Shown in pieces: positions 13,171 through 28,053 of a stretch of DNA of 64,000 nt. The notes under the pieces are model-generated. The model was not told the DNA's origin, ran no database searches, and saw only the letters and a program-made list of their open reading frames with translations. The stretch comes from the human T2T-CHM13v2.0 reference genome, Homo sapiens. Both the position numbers and the translations under genes were made by a program. The stretch's first letter is position 1. Each line of letters opens with the position of its first letter. Where the stretch lies: assembly GCF_009914755.1 (NCBI RefSeq), contig NC_060929.1; one strand, written 5' to 3'.

Positions 13171-14173
13171 TAAAGGGAGAGTTCTTCTGCAATTTAGTTG
13201 TCTTGAATGTATTGACTTGCACTAGAGTGTTATGCTGGCTGGGCTAGAAAACTTAAGTTCTTTTTCTCTGAATTACCTTTACCTTACAAGGAAACTGATG
13301 TGTGGAAAGTGCTCAAAAACATTGAATATAGGTGTGTATTTTTGTGCCAGAGACTATATCTACTCTAATCATAAACATTAAATAGCTTGCCTTCAATAAA
13401 ATATTCCATGTAATTAACAACATAGATTATAAAATATAGATTTTTTGAACCTACTAAAATATAAAAAGAGGAAAGTAAGAAAAATGCTTTGGAGTGGGGA
13501 GATGTATTGTTTAGGATCAAGACCTCTTGTAAGCCTTGTTTTCTACCAATTTGTCTCTGCCCTCCCTGATCCTTGATCCTCAGTGGGACTCTAAGTTATA
13601 CAGAGTTCATTCAGGTTTTTCATGTGAACTTTGCTCAACTGGACAGCAAAATCTAAACACAGAAAATTCTTTTTTCTTCATCACTGCTTGCCCTTCATTT
13701 TTCCTAGGGGCTTTACTCTGTGTACTGTGACAGCTAATTCATTCAAGAGACTAATGGCATGATAATGGTTTAATGTGTTATCCCACTCAAATAACTTCCC
13801 TGGATTGAAAGAAGCATCTACTACAATTAACTCAAAATACTGGCTTCACAAGTGAGATTTTTCAGACATCATGGCAGCTCAGGGGGAACAATATGGTAGA
13901 ACAGGAGGAATTCTTGATGCAACTAAAATTTTTTAAAAGCCAAGTCTGACTGCAGTCATTGATTCAAAGCAACTTTGCGAGTGTTCAAGGAAAGACAAGG
14001 ATGGGGAATATGATGGTAAACGTGCCTCTAAGCAAAAACAGCCAAGTTTGTCCTCTCTATTTCATCTTCAATTACCCTTTAACATGACCACACATTTTTT
14101 CTAAGGGTTTGGTCTTTTATATTATTAGATTCCACAAAAGATACTTTTATACAGACTCATGTCACTCTAATGA

Positions 14174-14620
<447 letters not shown>

Positions 14621-15726
14621 AAAACTAGTCTATTTACGTCTGAAGTCTTAATTCATTTCATTAAATTGCTCCAACTCCCCAATACATGTTCACAAACCTG
14701 TTCTACAGATTAAATAGCTTCTTGATAATCATGAACCAGACATAGGGAAAGTAAAATTTAATAATATTAAGAGGGAGGAGGAAGAAAGCCAATAGGTAAG
14801 GAGAAAGTCAGACTTATGCCAGTGCCAGTGTGTTGGGAAGACTGGGAACATAAAGGTGTTGTTTATAAAGACAAGTTGTCCTAACAGTCAGCAACAGTTA
14901 AGATATAGGTTCCTGATGAACCTAGACAGAAAAAGGAGAGCAGTCTGACAGTGGAGAGCAAGTTAGGAGATGTATGTATAGAAATGAGTTAGGATGAGGC
15001 AGTTGGTAACAGAAAAACTCAAGTCTGGCTGTTTTGATCATTTTAGAATGGTAGTTTACCCAGCGGATTTTATTTTTCAGTTAGTTTGTGTCCACTGAGC
15101 AGTAGTGAATAAAATCTAGTTCAGGGATGATTTGAGTTAGATCTTCTTTGAGGTCCAGCATAGTTTCTGACCATAGCAAACAATGCCTTTGCTGTGACTT
15201 TGAGTTGCATTTTTGGAAATTTTCTATGTCTCCCAGTGCTGGTATCTTGGACATGGTGGGGCTGAAGAAAGCAGTGCTGTTTCCTTATCCAGAGGCTGAA
15301 CTGGAAAAATGTGTGGGCTCTGAACCCATTTCTCTCCTTCCAGGAGTTCTCTCATTCTCTGCCTGTGTATCAGACCAGTGAAGTGAAACACATGCCCCAA
15401 GGTGTTTCAGAACTTGCACATATGAGGCCATGTTGCGCCTTGACCAGGCTGAGGTTCCAAGAGTGGGGCTCAGACATGTATCACTCTTTCTCTTCAGCGC
15501 AACATTACTTTTGTTGAATTGTTTGCAATTAGGGTACCAGAATGATGCTGACACAATGATTTGGGGTGATTCTCATTCACTTTACACAAAGTATAAAGAT
15601 ACCTCACAAGCACTGATTGAACAAAAACTAAATAAGTACCATTTCTATATCTATTATTCTAGATCTTCATTAATAAATCACTATACTCCCTATGGGTCAA
15701 TTTATAATACATTTAAAAATCAAATT

Positions 15727-15771
15727 ATTAGTAAATCCTAATTTACTAATTAAGAATTAGTAAATTGGGAT
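15727..15771. repeat. Short inverted repeat / hairpin (17-bp stem, 3-nt loop)
   Basis: atcctaatttactaatt (15735-15751) - aag - aattagtaaattgggat (15755-15771), 16/17 Watson-Crick pairs plus one G-T. Confidence 0.9.
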
Positions 15772-16032
15772 GCTGCAAAAAAAAATTCACCTGGGGACAA
15801 CACTACTGGGGACCACAATAAAATGTTGGTGCAGTGAGAGCAGATGCATATCGCTCAGAGGTTGGGGAGCATTTTTCTGGGTCAGCAACTGTTTTTAAAT
15901 ACTTTGTAGGGGGGTAAAGTTAACCGCAGTGGTACCACAATAAATTAAACACCTACTAGCATGTCTCAAAAGCTTTTTTGTTTCTGTAAAGACTTTTTTT
16001 ATGCTAAATTTTTGATAGAAATTGAAATTAAA

Positions 16033-16189
16033 GGCCAGGCATGGTGGCTCATGCTTGTAATACTAGCACTTTGGGAGACTGAGGCAGGAAGATCCCTTAA
16101 GCCCAGGAGTTCAAGAACAGCCTGGGCAACATAAGAAGACCCTGCCTCTGTTTAAAAAAAGAATACAATAAAATAAAAAGAGAAAACAA
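16033..16189 (+). mobile_element. FLAM (monomeric Alu)
   Basis: Single left-arm monomer ggccaggcatggtggctcat...agaccctgcctct with A-rich tail. TSD agaaattgaaattaaa / agaaattacaattaaa. Confidence 0.88.
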
Positions 16190-16974
16190 AGAAATTACAA
16201 TTAAATAAAATACAAGTTTGGTGTAGCCCTGAAATAAATTTCAAGGTTACTATGACTATTCCTTTTATGTATCTATTTTTAAAATTTTATTTATATCATT
16301 TGCTACTAGAATCCTGTCTGTTAACAAGATTTAGAGTACTTTATTTTTTCTTGGAAAAAAATAAAGATTTGAGTATAACGATTTGGTTGAAAAGAAAAAA
16401 GAAAATCTGTGAGGGCAAGAGTGATGTAGTGGACAGTAAGATCAAGATCCTTAAAGGCCATCCACTAAGACGGCCTCTGTCCCCTAGTGATGATGTGCAC
16501 CTGGGAATCTTTCCATGGGTTCTATGCAATGAACTTACTGTGGATGCCGCAATGTATTCTGTAAGATGGAACTCAGTATGTGGAGGTTTGAAGCATTAAC
16601 ATATATTAACCAAAATCATGTACTCTTTTAGCCTGAAAAGTGAACAGAGCCCATTTCTGCTGTGTAAAATTCCAAAAATCAAATGAGTCAAGAGTCTTGC
16701 TGTATAATCACAGAGCCTAGACATTGGGCTAGCTTTGTTCTGGTCCAGGCCAGAATTCCACATGGACAATTTTTTTGAGGAAATTCTGACATAGTTGTAA
16801 GAGCTTGGCATAAGTTTTTCTCATCTAAATCTAGCAGATCAGTTGCTCACAGAAAAAAAAAAAGGACATTATCACTCAAAAAGTATACGCTATACTTTGC
16901 AAAATAATATTAATTCCACGTTGTATTATATGGCTCCCTGAAAACATAACTTAACACATACAAATACTCATCTT

Positions 16975-17099
16975 GGCTGGGCACGGTGGCTCATGCTTGT
17001 AATCCCAGCACTTTGGGAGGTTGAGGCGGCGTTTCACAAGGTCAGGAGATTGAGACCATCCTGACTAACATGGTGAAACCCCGTCTCAACTAAAAATAA

Positions 17100-17132
<33 letters not shown>

Positions 17133-17292
17133 GCCGGGATGGTTGTGGGCGCCTGTAGTCCCAGCTACTCGGGAGGCTGAGGCAGGAGAATGGTGTGAAC
17201 CCAGGAGGCGGAGTTTGCAGTGAGCCAAGATCACCTCAATGCTCTCCAGCCTGGGTGACAGAGTGAGACTCTGTCTCAAAGAAAAAAAAAAA
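16975..17292 (+). mobile_element. AluY-like with (CA)13 in the central linker
   Basis: gagattgagaccatcctg and agaatggtgtgaacc. CA repeat 17101-17126. TSD core tcatctt on both sides. Confidence 0.92.
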
Positions 17293-18548
17293 TCATCTTA
17301 CACCTGCTTTGGGCATTAATTGTATTTGCCTGGCTCCTATAAACATTTACATTTGTGACAACTGTGTCAAAACAAGGTCGGCTAGGTAAAGGAGTCAAAC
17401 TAACATGAGGTACAAGTGAAAGTGTTAGAGAGTGAATGCTTAGTACTCTAAAACAAATGGATAACTACTGGTTGAGTAAATAAACTGCAGTAGGATAGCT
17501 AAATATATGGGTAATTTAGTTGTACTAACAACACATTCTAAGACATGCTGAACATAAGGGAAGTTAAAGGTTGAAATATTAAACGTATTATACATTTACA
17601 CACATCACACTCTTAATTATCTTAATGAAAAAGATATTTTTTTCTATTACATCAGAAAGTATCATTGTCATGTAGCAAAATTGATTAAAAAATGATTTTA
17701 AAAGCACAACTAAGCAAAGTTGTACAGTAGTTAGAATCACAGAATGGGAGATGTAGGACACAGGTTATGGAGAAAGGGGAAAGGTTCCATAATTTTTAAG
17801 ATAAAACAGACAATTAAATTAAATATCACTTAAAGGCCATTCTTTGAGACCAGCTTCTTTATCTTTAACCTGACCTTTTCCCCGACTTTGTCTAAACTGC
17901 TTATTGATGCTATGGATGATAAAGGTCACAGCTAGTAAATATGCTCTGCTTCATATTATACATCATGCAGGTTTAATGTTTCTAACCAAATCCCAAAGGA
18001 ATGAATGTTAGTCACAGACCTCAGCATTAAGAAAATAATTGGATTTGTCTGGCTATGCAATATAAAATGATTTGAAGGACAAAGAAGACTAATAGTTTGA
18101 AAGGCTAAGTTAAAAGAAAAGAGTGTTTCGAGAGTTGCACCCCACTTCTCAGACATGACTATCTCTATAATGTCATGTGAAATAACTAGGCAAAGATCTT
18201 AAAACAACTAAAGGAAAATCTTTATAGTTTGTCTTTATTTTTCGATATTTTAGAAAAATTCATTTCAGAAATGGAAAGGAAGAAGGGTAAAACAGTGACT
18301 CTCCTTAAATAAATGAGCTAAATATACATCTCTTAATTTTATTTTGCAAGTAGTATAACATTACTTCTGTGCCGGTAGCCCTGTCAAGAGGATTAAAAAG
18401 GAACCATCCTATCATGACAAAGTTGAGTTAGGGCTATGTGCCTTCCTGGAAAAATTGCTTTATGCTTACAAACTTACCAGATTAAAATCAGAGAACCATG
18501 TGAATTTCCAGGATGCTATAAACCTAAGCCATTTTTACCAGCATCTAA

Positions 18549-18760
18549 AATGTTTTGAGCATGTGTTATGTTCCAATCACAGTTCTAAGCACCTTAAATG
18601 TGCTCACTTAATCTGTCCATTAACTCAATAAGGGAAGTATAATTATCTTCCTATTTTATACTGGAGACACTGAGATGCAGGGTCTAAGTTGCCTGCCGAG
18701 ATCACACTGCTGGTGGTAGGCACAAGATTTGAATCCAGGAGTTGAATTGAGAGCCTCAAC
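18549..18760 (-). mobile_element. MIR SINE
   Basis: attttatactggagacactgagatgcagggtctaagttgcctgccgagatcacactgctgg...gatttgaatccagg. Confidence 0.75.
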
Positions 18761-20724
18761 CTAGTTGCCTTTCTCAATTGGTGTCTGACCTCCATCTTTA
18801 GTACTGCCATCATTTTCCCTTTGTTTCATCTAAAACACCCTTCTCTTTTCAAAATTCATATAATAATATTGCTAGAGAGCTAGAATCCATCATTTGAAGT
18901 ATTTTGCTCCTCGTTTGGTTTTGGCAATGGAGAAATAGATCCCCAAATTCATGGTCTCACACTAAGGTAAGTGTCAGAAAAGGAAGTAGGATCCAACCCA
19001 TATCCTTGGATCTTCAGTGGTCCCTACACTTTTATCAACTAATATTTCTTGATTATTTACTATTTTTCAGGCACTGTGCTCATATAATTTGCCATTTCAT
19101 CACGCCCTCTTAAAATATTACATATATCTTCAGATGAACCTTATGCACTGTAATACTTCGTTAGAAATCTTCGCTTAATCAAATCATTAGGAGTCATATT
19201 TTTAGACTTGCTTTTTTTTTATAGCAGTCATCAGAGTAGGTGCACAGTAAATGTAGGTGGACTGAGTGATAAGTCATTTGAAGGAGGCAGATGAGGTAGT
19301 CTGACAACACACACACATCTTTGCTCTTACCTTTGTCTGAAGAGCTTACGGTAATTTAGCTGAGATTCAGTATGATCCTCCTGTTTTAACCCTTCTTTTT
19401 ACCTTCTTTGCACTCCACCCCCATTTTCTTAAAAGAAATATGATTTATCTAGGGTGACTTTTTCACGTTTTAAACATTTCTCAAACACTCTTAGTAATAT
19501 AATCACTTTTGGGGCCCCAATTTGCCATTACTTAGAATATTATATAACTTCCCACACCCTCTAATATAATAGGAGCTCTCCAAAAATTATGGTGAGCACA
19601 TTATAGTATTTTATAAATATGTTTATTGATTGAAAAGGTTAGATAAACTCACAGGTCTTCCTTGACTATAAAATGTCTATTGGCACTATTGACTTTCCCT
19701 TATCTTGTTTGTACTGAGAGAAATAATAGTCTGAAAGCTAGAGCTCAAATGCATTTCTTTTATTAACCAAAAAAACCACAGTGGTGCACTTTGACCTTAA
19801 AATATAAAACAATAACAATAATATGAAGAAAGCATATTGCCACAGTGAAAAAAAAATATTGATGTAGATATTAAAATGTAATGTACATTTTTTCACAAGA
19901 TTCTTTTTAAAGATCAACATTTTGAAAACAATCTTAAAAAGTGCCCTTTGGATTTTCTTTGTTATTCGCTTTGTTCCCTTTACAAGGTTCTTTCAGAACG
20001 TACCAATTTTACGTTAAAGTTTTAATCAATATTTCACACCGCGAAATCTTTTTCTTTGACACAATGAGTTATCAAAGCATTTGTTCTTCCCCAGGCAGTA
20101 GCTTTGAGCTGCGAATGACAATCGATCTTGTGGGTGCTGTCAGTGTCAAGATTAGATCAGACACCATGGGGATTCCTTTTCATGTGTATAACTCTTAAAT
20201 CAGCATAAGCGATACACAAATTCCTCCATTCTAAAGGTGAGTTTTTCCTCAATGGAATCACTATTGCTGATCTTATTTGATTTGTATTACTTCAGAAACA
20301 ACATATAGCTGTGCAGTTGGAAATTGTACCAGGATATGTTTATCTGACTTTTTTTCTTTGAAAGTAGTTATCTCCAAAAGCCACAGTGAATTTTTCTTCT
20401 TAATATATTTTCTTCAGTTTAAATGGCATATGCAATTAATTACTTCAGATAGATAATTAGTCCTGCTTCAACACAAATTTCTTATATTTAAAAAAAAAGA
20501 AAGAAAAAGAACAATTACTAGGTATGCTTGATGCAGAATGGCACCTTGGGATTGGATTTAAACCTAAAAATAATTTCTCTTTCTCCTGCTATTTCTGTCT
20601 TTCTATATCTTTCATTAGTTTTTGTTTTCTAGTGAGATTTGTGCCAGTAGAATTGTCTTAGTGGAGAAAGACACTGGAAAGAGTTACCAGCTGAGTGCAG
20701 TCTGGCATCAACCTTCTGTGGTCT

Positions 20725-20911
20725 TGAGTCCTGTTGTCTGCCACTTAGTAGCTGTGTGACGTTGGAAAAATGACTTAAGTTCTCTGCATCTCCTTTTTCT
20801 TACATGTAATAGTGCCTGACTCACTGGCAGAGTAGAAGGACTTCATGACGTATTCTGTATAAGTACGTTCCACTGCGCCTGATGCATAATGGGTGTTTAA
20901 TATATGTTAGC
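20725..20911 (+). mobile_element. MIR SINE
   Basis: tctgccacttagtagctgtgtgacgttggaaaaatgacttaagttctctgcatctc. Confidence 0.8.
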
Positions 20912-20924
20912 ATCTGTCTCACTC

Positions 20925-21311
20925 CTGGGGCTGGGTAGTTGATAAAGAAAAGTGGTTTATTTGGCTCACAGTTCTGCAGGCTGTACAAGAAGCGCAGCAG
21001 TGTCTGCTTCTGATGAGGGTCTCAGGCTGCTTCCACTCACGTGGAAGATGAAGGGAAGCCAGTGTGTGCAAGATCACATAGTGAGAAGGGAAGCAAGAGA
21101 GACAGAGAGGAGATGCCAGGCTCTTTTTAACAACCAGCTCTAGTGGGAACTAATAGTGTGAGAAGGCAATAATCACCCAGAGGGAGAGCATCAATCTCTT
21201 CATGAGAGATATGCTTCTATGATCCAAACACTTCCTATTAGGCTCCTCCTTCAATAGTGGGAATCAAATTTCAACATGAGGTTTGGAGAGGACAATATTC
21301 AAACCGTAGCA
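20925..21311 (-). mobile_element. MSTB-like MaLR LTR
   Basis: ggtttatttggctcacagttctgcaggctgtacaagaagc...aaatttcaacatgaggtttggagaggacaatattcaaaccgtagca (reverse complement of the TG... start). Confidence 0.88.
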
Positions 21312-22392
21312 GCAACAATTGTTATTTAGGTAGTAAGTCTGATGTGTGCAGAGACAAAACACTCACCTGAAAATGACTCATACTTATTTACAAAAGGAAG
21401 AATTTGTTTTCACCACATTTCTCCCCAATTTATGTCTCAGTATTTTATTAGTTTTTTTCCAAAGATGTCTAAGAGGTAAAATAATTTAATTTCCTAAGAA
21501 TAGAAAGCAGTTAGGATGTAACTAACATGAGTTTCTGGGGGTAACATCTTAAATATGAATTATAGGGTTTTTAAAAAATATTAAGTAGCTCCAGAATTTT
21601 ATGATTTCAATGTTCTGTGACTAGACAACCATGAGGATTCTTAAGGAAAAATGTCACAGCTAGTAGAATCCAAGAAAAATGTATAGTTGGGGTGTGAGGG
21701 AAATTTGCTTCTGATTCACCTAATACATTATAGGCTTTCTTAAGAGAGGTAATGGCTGTCTAGGTTATTGATGGCTCTCTGGTTACCTCCCTGCTTTAGA
21801 AGAATTGGGCAAGTAGACGATGAAGTCGTGTTCTAAGTCTTGGCCTATAGTCCTTCATTCCGTTCACCCCGACCATTCAGATGGTGGGCACACATGAGCA
21901 AGAAATGAAGTGTGATGCTGACATGAAAAATGGGGTCAGTGAAACATGAAGATGCACAATACAAAGAAAACCATTTCAGCAAAGCAGAATTTGCAGCTTT
22001 TGCTCTGCAAACAATGAGTATGTACTCTACAAATTAGCCAGCTTTCAAAATTTTAATTAATTTGAATGTTAAGTGAATTTTTTCCCTGTTGAATGTTTAA
22101 GGTAAGTTAATCATCAACAGAATACCTTGGAAAGGGGATTTTTCTGTATCCAGAAAGTTCTCACACATGGAAAAGCTTCATAAATGATTCTAGTACTTTT
22201 AACTAAGTTCTAAATCGTTCATTTACATCCATCTTGTATTAAGCCATTTTATGTCATAATTTTCTGCACAATGAGTCAGAGAATATTTAGAAGAGCCGTT
22301 GGTATCCTAACTGTATAAGTGTCAGGAAAAACAATTAAAAATGAAAGTATAATAATTATTCAAAGAATTAGACACTTAAGGAGAAGGCCTGA

Positions 22393-22723
<331 letters not shown>

Positions 22724-24184
22724 AAGAGGGCGCTTTAAGTGGGATTCTTTTCTTCTCCTTGGCTGGAATTATTCCCAGAATTTTCTCTTCTGCGACTTAT
22801 TCCTGGGATACATAACCACCTGTAGGGGAAAAACAGCCACCTATTTCAGCAGTTTAGTCCAGACCATCTTCACACAGAGAAATTTCCTGCTGTTCCTAAT
22901 CAAATTATTGACAAATAAGCTTCCAAGCCAGTGGTAATCAGAAATTAGATTTTTAAAACATCGCTACCGTTTTGTTCATATCCTTATTGCTCATCTGCTA
23001 GATAGTATGTTTCTAATTTACACAGCCTAAGGTGAGCCAGGTGATGTCCTCTCATGGGGACCACATTCAAGCCAATGCCACAGGAGCAAGTGCCTTCAAA
23101 GGTGAACAATTGCCCTCACTCTGTGGTGCTAAAATGTAACTGCCACTATCCATCTGTCACTCCTCTGTCTCCCTGTGGTGCCTGCTCTCAGAAAAATGTT
23201 ACTAAAGCTTGTAGCATAACTGCCTGTAATAGAGCTGCCCTGGAATAAACTGGAAAGCTTTTTATTCTCCTCACTGGCAAGCATATCACATTTCCTTGGT
23301 TTACGAATAACTGTTTCAACCACAGTTCATCAGCTCCTAAAAATAAAAAAGAAAAATTAACAATATTACCTACAGATTTAGCTTATGTTATGAATCATGG
23401 TGCCAACAGTACAAAATATTTCTTTGGGCCAAATAGTATTTAAAATCTGTTTGAAATTGCTGAGGAATCTGTAAAGGTACAGAATCACTGAATCTTCTTT
23501 TTGAAAGAATATTATAATTTTTATCTTTGAAAGATAGGAAAGATTCAGAAATGAAACAGTATCTATTAGGAGAAATTTGCTGTGGATGGTCTTTAGAGAT
23601 TTATAAATATATTGAACATATTAGCAACTTCTCTGGGTATACATATGATGACATTGCTATTGATGTCAGGTCTGGTTTGCTGTAGATTTGCAAAGTCATG
23701 CTTTGTGTCTTTGTGAATTAAATCATGACTCAAAAAGCCAGTGACTCCTTTTTTGTACATATGCATGAAACTATGTGGTATCTTATTACATTAAAGGAAT
23801 CTTGTCTATTAAATAATATTTAATAATCACATATGGAAGATTCAAGTATATAATATCTGTATATATAACTTGGTATCTTCTTTTTCTTAATATTTTTAAG
23901 ACAAGGGCACTCTTGGGCTAATTCCCTAAAGTTGAAATATGTCAAAATTTATTTGTGTAACTGAAGAGTCCAGGTAATTGTTAACCAGTTAGGAGATGCT
24001 GAACTTTTTAACTATTTTATCTGAAAACTACGATTGAAGTGTATTGCTCCTTTCCTGGGACAGTTCTTGCTTCACTGAAAATTTTTCTCATATTTTTCTA
24101 TGGGGGGACATATTTCTTTGTACATTGTCTACTTTCAGACATTCAATTATCATTTATAAACACATACTATTTTGCCATTCTGTT

Positions 24185-24305
24185 CAATCTGAGGGCAGGG
24201 ACTATGTCTCTCATATTTATCAGTGTATACACTAGAGATGAATTCAGTTCCTGGCCATACTAGGTGTTTTAGCCTATTTTTGAGTGAATGAGAGAATAAA
24301 TGAGT
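24185..24305 (+). mobile_element. L2 3' end
   Basis: gagggcagggactatgtctc...ttcctggccatactaggtg...gagtgaatgagagaataaatgag. Confidence 0.6.
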
Positions 24306-24959
24306 GCCACCTCTGCCACTCAATCCTGAGAGGCCTGTGTGTCCACCAGATTCTGAAGTGGTCATTGGAATAAATGCATTGCTAGCTGTGCATCAGCCTC
24401 CTCTGCCATGCTGCGTGTTCTTCGGTTGCCATCTGAGATGGAATCCCTGTATCATCTTTCTTTGGCCACATTTTTGTCCATGCAGTTGCACACTCCCTTT
24501 AGCATGACCCATCTGTTACCAGCTGTCCTGCTTCCAAACAGTCTTTTATGACTTCTGAAATCTACATTCTGTGATTAACAAACATCACATCATCACAATC
24601 ACTCTCTAATAAAAGAACATTATCTTTATTTCTTTCCTTTATCTGGCAATGGCTATCTCCTTAAGCCACTATTTCCCCTTTCAGGCAGACATATGTTTTC
24701 CCACAACCCATTTTTCTCAGTGTTGGAATGTGGCTTTGACATTCTCCTCATTTTCCACATCCTGATAAGAACTCCTCCACTCTCATGAAAAACCTTGCTT
24801 CTGTGACTGTAGTCATGCTAGAAGAGATTATGTAAACATACTAATAATAGTAATTTCATGTGATTAGATTTTAATTTCTTTTTCTCTGTGATTTTCTTCA
24901 TTGTTTGAATTTGTAATGATAATCATGCATTATTTTACAAAAAAACCTATTTTCATATA

Positions 24960-27460
24960 AAACAATTCTCAGCTTATGGATGACATGCTATTCCACTCTT
25001 CTAGCTACATATTCTCTACCTTGCCTTGCCACCAAACTACCTGCAGTTCCTTGAAATCTCTAGATTTCACTGTCTTCTTTGCTCTCTCTCTCTCTAATAG
25101 TAGGTAAATCCAGTGGCTGTATAGATGACCTACTCAATATTCTAGCTTTACAATCTCTTAATCTCCTCTCCAGTGACATTAATCTCCTTTGTACTCCAAC
25201 CATCCATTTGCTAGGGCCCAAATCTAGATCTTGTCACCTCAACTCCATCTCTAAATTCATAATTTCAAATACTACATTACCTAATACAAAATCCTTTTTT
25301 TTCTATCTTTCTTATTCAGTGTCTCTTACTGTAGCTGATCTTTGACTCCATCAAGACATGCAGGCAATTTATCTCACTATTTGGTCTGGCCAGTCTTCTC
25401 TAGAGCACAAAACCTGAAACCAGATTATCTGAGTTGGGGTTCCAGATCTACTGAGGATCTTGCATATCATAATTATGATTAATGTTATATTTACACTGTC
25501 AGATTTATTGTGCAATACTTCAACTTTTCTTTTACCAATATGCTCAATTCTTTCACCTTATTTTTCTCCTTTACACAGCCTGGAAAACCTTGATCTTAAA
25601 TCGGTCCTAATTATGAATTCTCTTTTTCCACAAAAGAAGCTATTTAAAGCTACTGCAGAAGTTGCACTATGAAGCAGATGAGTGTCAATATAAATTATGA
25701 TCTCTACATTACTTGGGACTCAACAATGCTAAGAAATTCTACTCAGCTTTCTCTGACGTTCTCTTCAGAGATTGTTTCAATAATCTTTTTATAAACTGTA
25801 ATCCTCTTCCATCTGAATATTATGTAGTGTCTCCATTTATGTGAATTTATATATGTTAAGTGCTAGTGTTTGTAAGTTTACGTATGATTTGTATTTATGT
25901 GAATGTCTGTGTGTTGGTCTGTATGTTTGTAGCTCAGTTTATGTATTTGTGAGTTTACTTTAGTGTATATGTTGCTAGGACATAATCTTAAAATTAAGAG
26001 ATAAATAGAATTTATCAACTTATTGCCATCAAGCTTATAAACCAGGTAGCATCGAACTCTTTTATCCTGTCACACTGGGACAATTTATCCTACTTTTAAA
26101 ATGAATCCTCCTATGTGAGCACAGAATCCCATTACTGCCTCTCCCTAAGCTAGGAACCCTGTCTTACCACAAAGTTCCAAAACAGGAATTCTCTTTCTTT
26201 AAGTAATTAACAAGTATTGCATAAGAAAAAGATGCTCTTTGATGAAATTAGTTTGAGAAAACCTAGAATACATAAAATAAGACAGATTTACTTCTAAATT
26301 CACAGAAGTTTGCTTTATTAAAATGTCATTATGTATTATGTATTACATATGTCCCAAAGGGAAATAGATTATGTAGCATTACCCAGATTTAAAATTTGAA
26401 TTGAGGAACATTGTCACAAGAATCTTATTATCCCTTCCCTGTTTTTCAGCTTCACCATCTCTACTGCCTCCTTCCATGTGAATATGCCTTAGCCTCTTTA
26501 ATCCAAAACAACAGTCTACGTTCCATGTATTCTCTCCAGCCATCTTTCCTCTTTCCACTTACAGTCAAATTCCAGAAAATGGCTGGGACTTTCGCTGTTT
26601 CCATTTTGTTGTGTTCCATAAACTCTCCTCAATCTGCTTGTATCTCTACTACTCTGGTCCACACTGACACTGTTATTACCATGGTTACAGTCTTGTTGCT
26701 TCCGAATGTAGTGCCTATTTTCAGGTCCATATTTACTTCATCTCCCAGTAGCTTATGATGCTGTTGAACACTCCGTGCTTTCAAAAACATTCCCTTCTCT
26801 TAAAATTTTTGCCCACCTTCCATTGCTCAATAACCTTTAGTGAATCTTCTGTTTTTACACATATAATGGTGATCATTGTGATTATATCACAGGTAAGCTT
26901 TCCTCTTTCAATGAGATTCTTTCTGTTTTAGATCACTCATTATGTCCCAAGCCTTCATGTAACATCAAGGGTATTGATTTCCTAATTTGTCTTCAACACA
27001 GATTCTTCTGCTGAGCTCTAGTTCTACATGTGCATATACATATAGCTACCTACTAACTACTGCCATGTGAATGACTCTTAGAAACCTAACATCCAAAAAT
27101 TTCAAAATTTAAATCATTTCTTGCTCCAAACCAGTTTTTCCCTCTCGTTTTCCTTTGACATGTTTACAGTCCTGAAGTCAGCTACTAAGATATCATTCTT
27201 GATTTCTCAACATTTCTTCTCTCTTTACTCTGTTAAATCAATTTCAAATCCCTGTTGAATCCACCTCTAGTTTCTTTCTCAAATTCATTATGCCTTACAG
27301 TTCCTGCTACCAATTCTCTCATCCAAACCATTGTCACGATCTACATCAGGTAGATTGCAGCACACCCTAAACTTGGCTCAGCTTCCTTTGGCTTGGACCT
27401 CTGTAATTTATCCTTAACTTTCAGTTTTCTGATTAAAACTCCTAAATGACTTCTCATGGC
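24960..27460 (+). mobile_element. Fragmented ancient L2 body
   Basis: Pyrimidine-rich L2-like phrases (cagtagcttatgatgctgttgaacactcc; cttctgctgagctctagttctacat; aaaactcctaaatgacttctcatggcc), interrupted by other low-complexity DNA. Confidence 0.55.
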
Positions 27461-28053
27461 CATTGGAAAGTAGTGGCCCTAAGATGCTGGAAATTAGTTT
27501 TATATTCCTACAGTTAAAATTTCAACCACCTAGACTAGTTATTTTTATCATAAAGAGTAAAGAAAGCACACATTTTTATTCCTATAGATGTTTTAAAATT
27601 AAATACAATTAAATTAGGTAGTGTTTAGCCAAGATGCAGTACTAAAGCAAAGATGATTTGGTAGTAATACTCTCCTGTGATGGGAATGAGAAGAATAATA
27701 AGATGCAGTTTTCATAGAGAATAATCTTATAGAGGAGATAACTGCTCGCTTCCTTCCCCTGCACAGGTAAAGAGAATACGTAGATATTACTTGCTTTTCT
27801 AAGGACTCACAGTAGGTTAATTTAAAAAACTAGAATCTCTGAAGTGTCTGTCTACTCATATGCTTGCAATGGACAAAGGGCCACCATTTGAACCAAATAG
27901 AGAAAGACACATGAGCTTTAATTTCTTGAAAACATAGTCAGTTATTTATTGAGTAGATGGCCTCTTGAACGTTTACTCATTATGTTTTAGCAGTAACTTT
28001 ATTGATCAACAGATTCAGTTTCAGCTGATTTTTAAAACTTCCAATAACCCAGG

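Noticed and set aside
22095-22110. Consensus splice donor AAG|GTAAGT (also near 18964 and 31174)
   Set aside because: Isolated 9-mers, two of them apparently inside old repeats; no matching acceptor or ORF.
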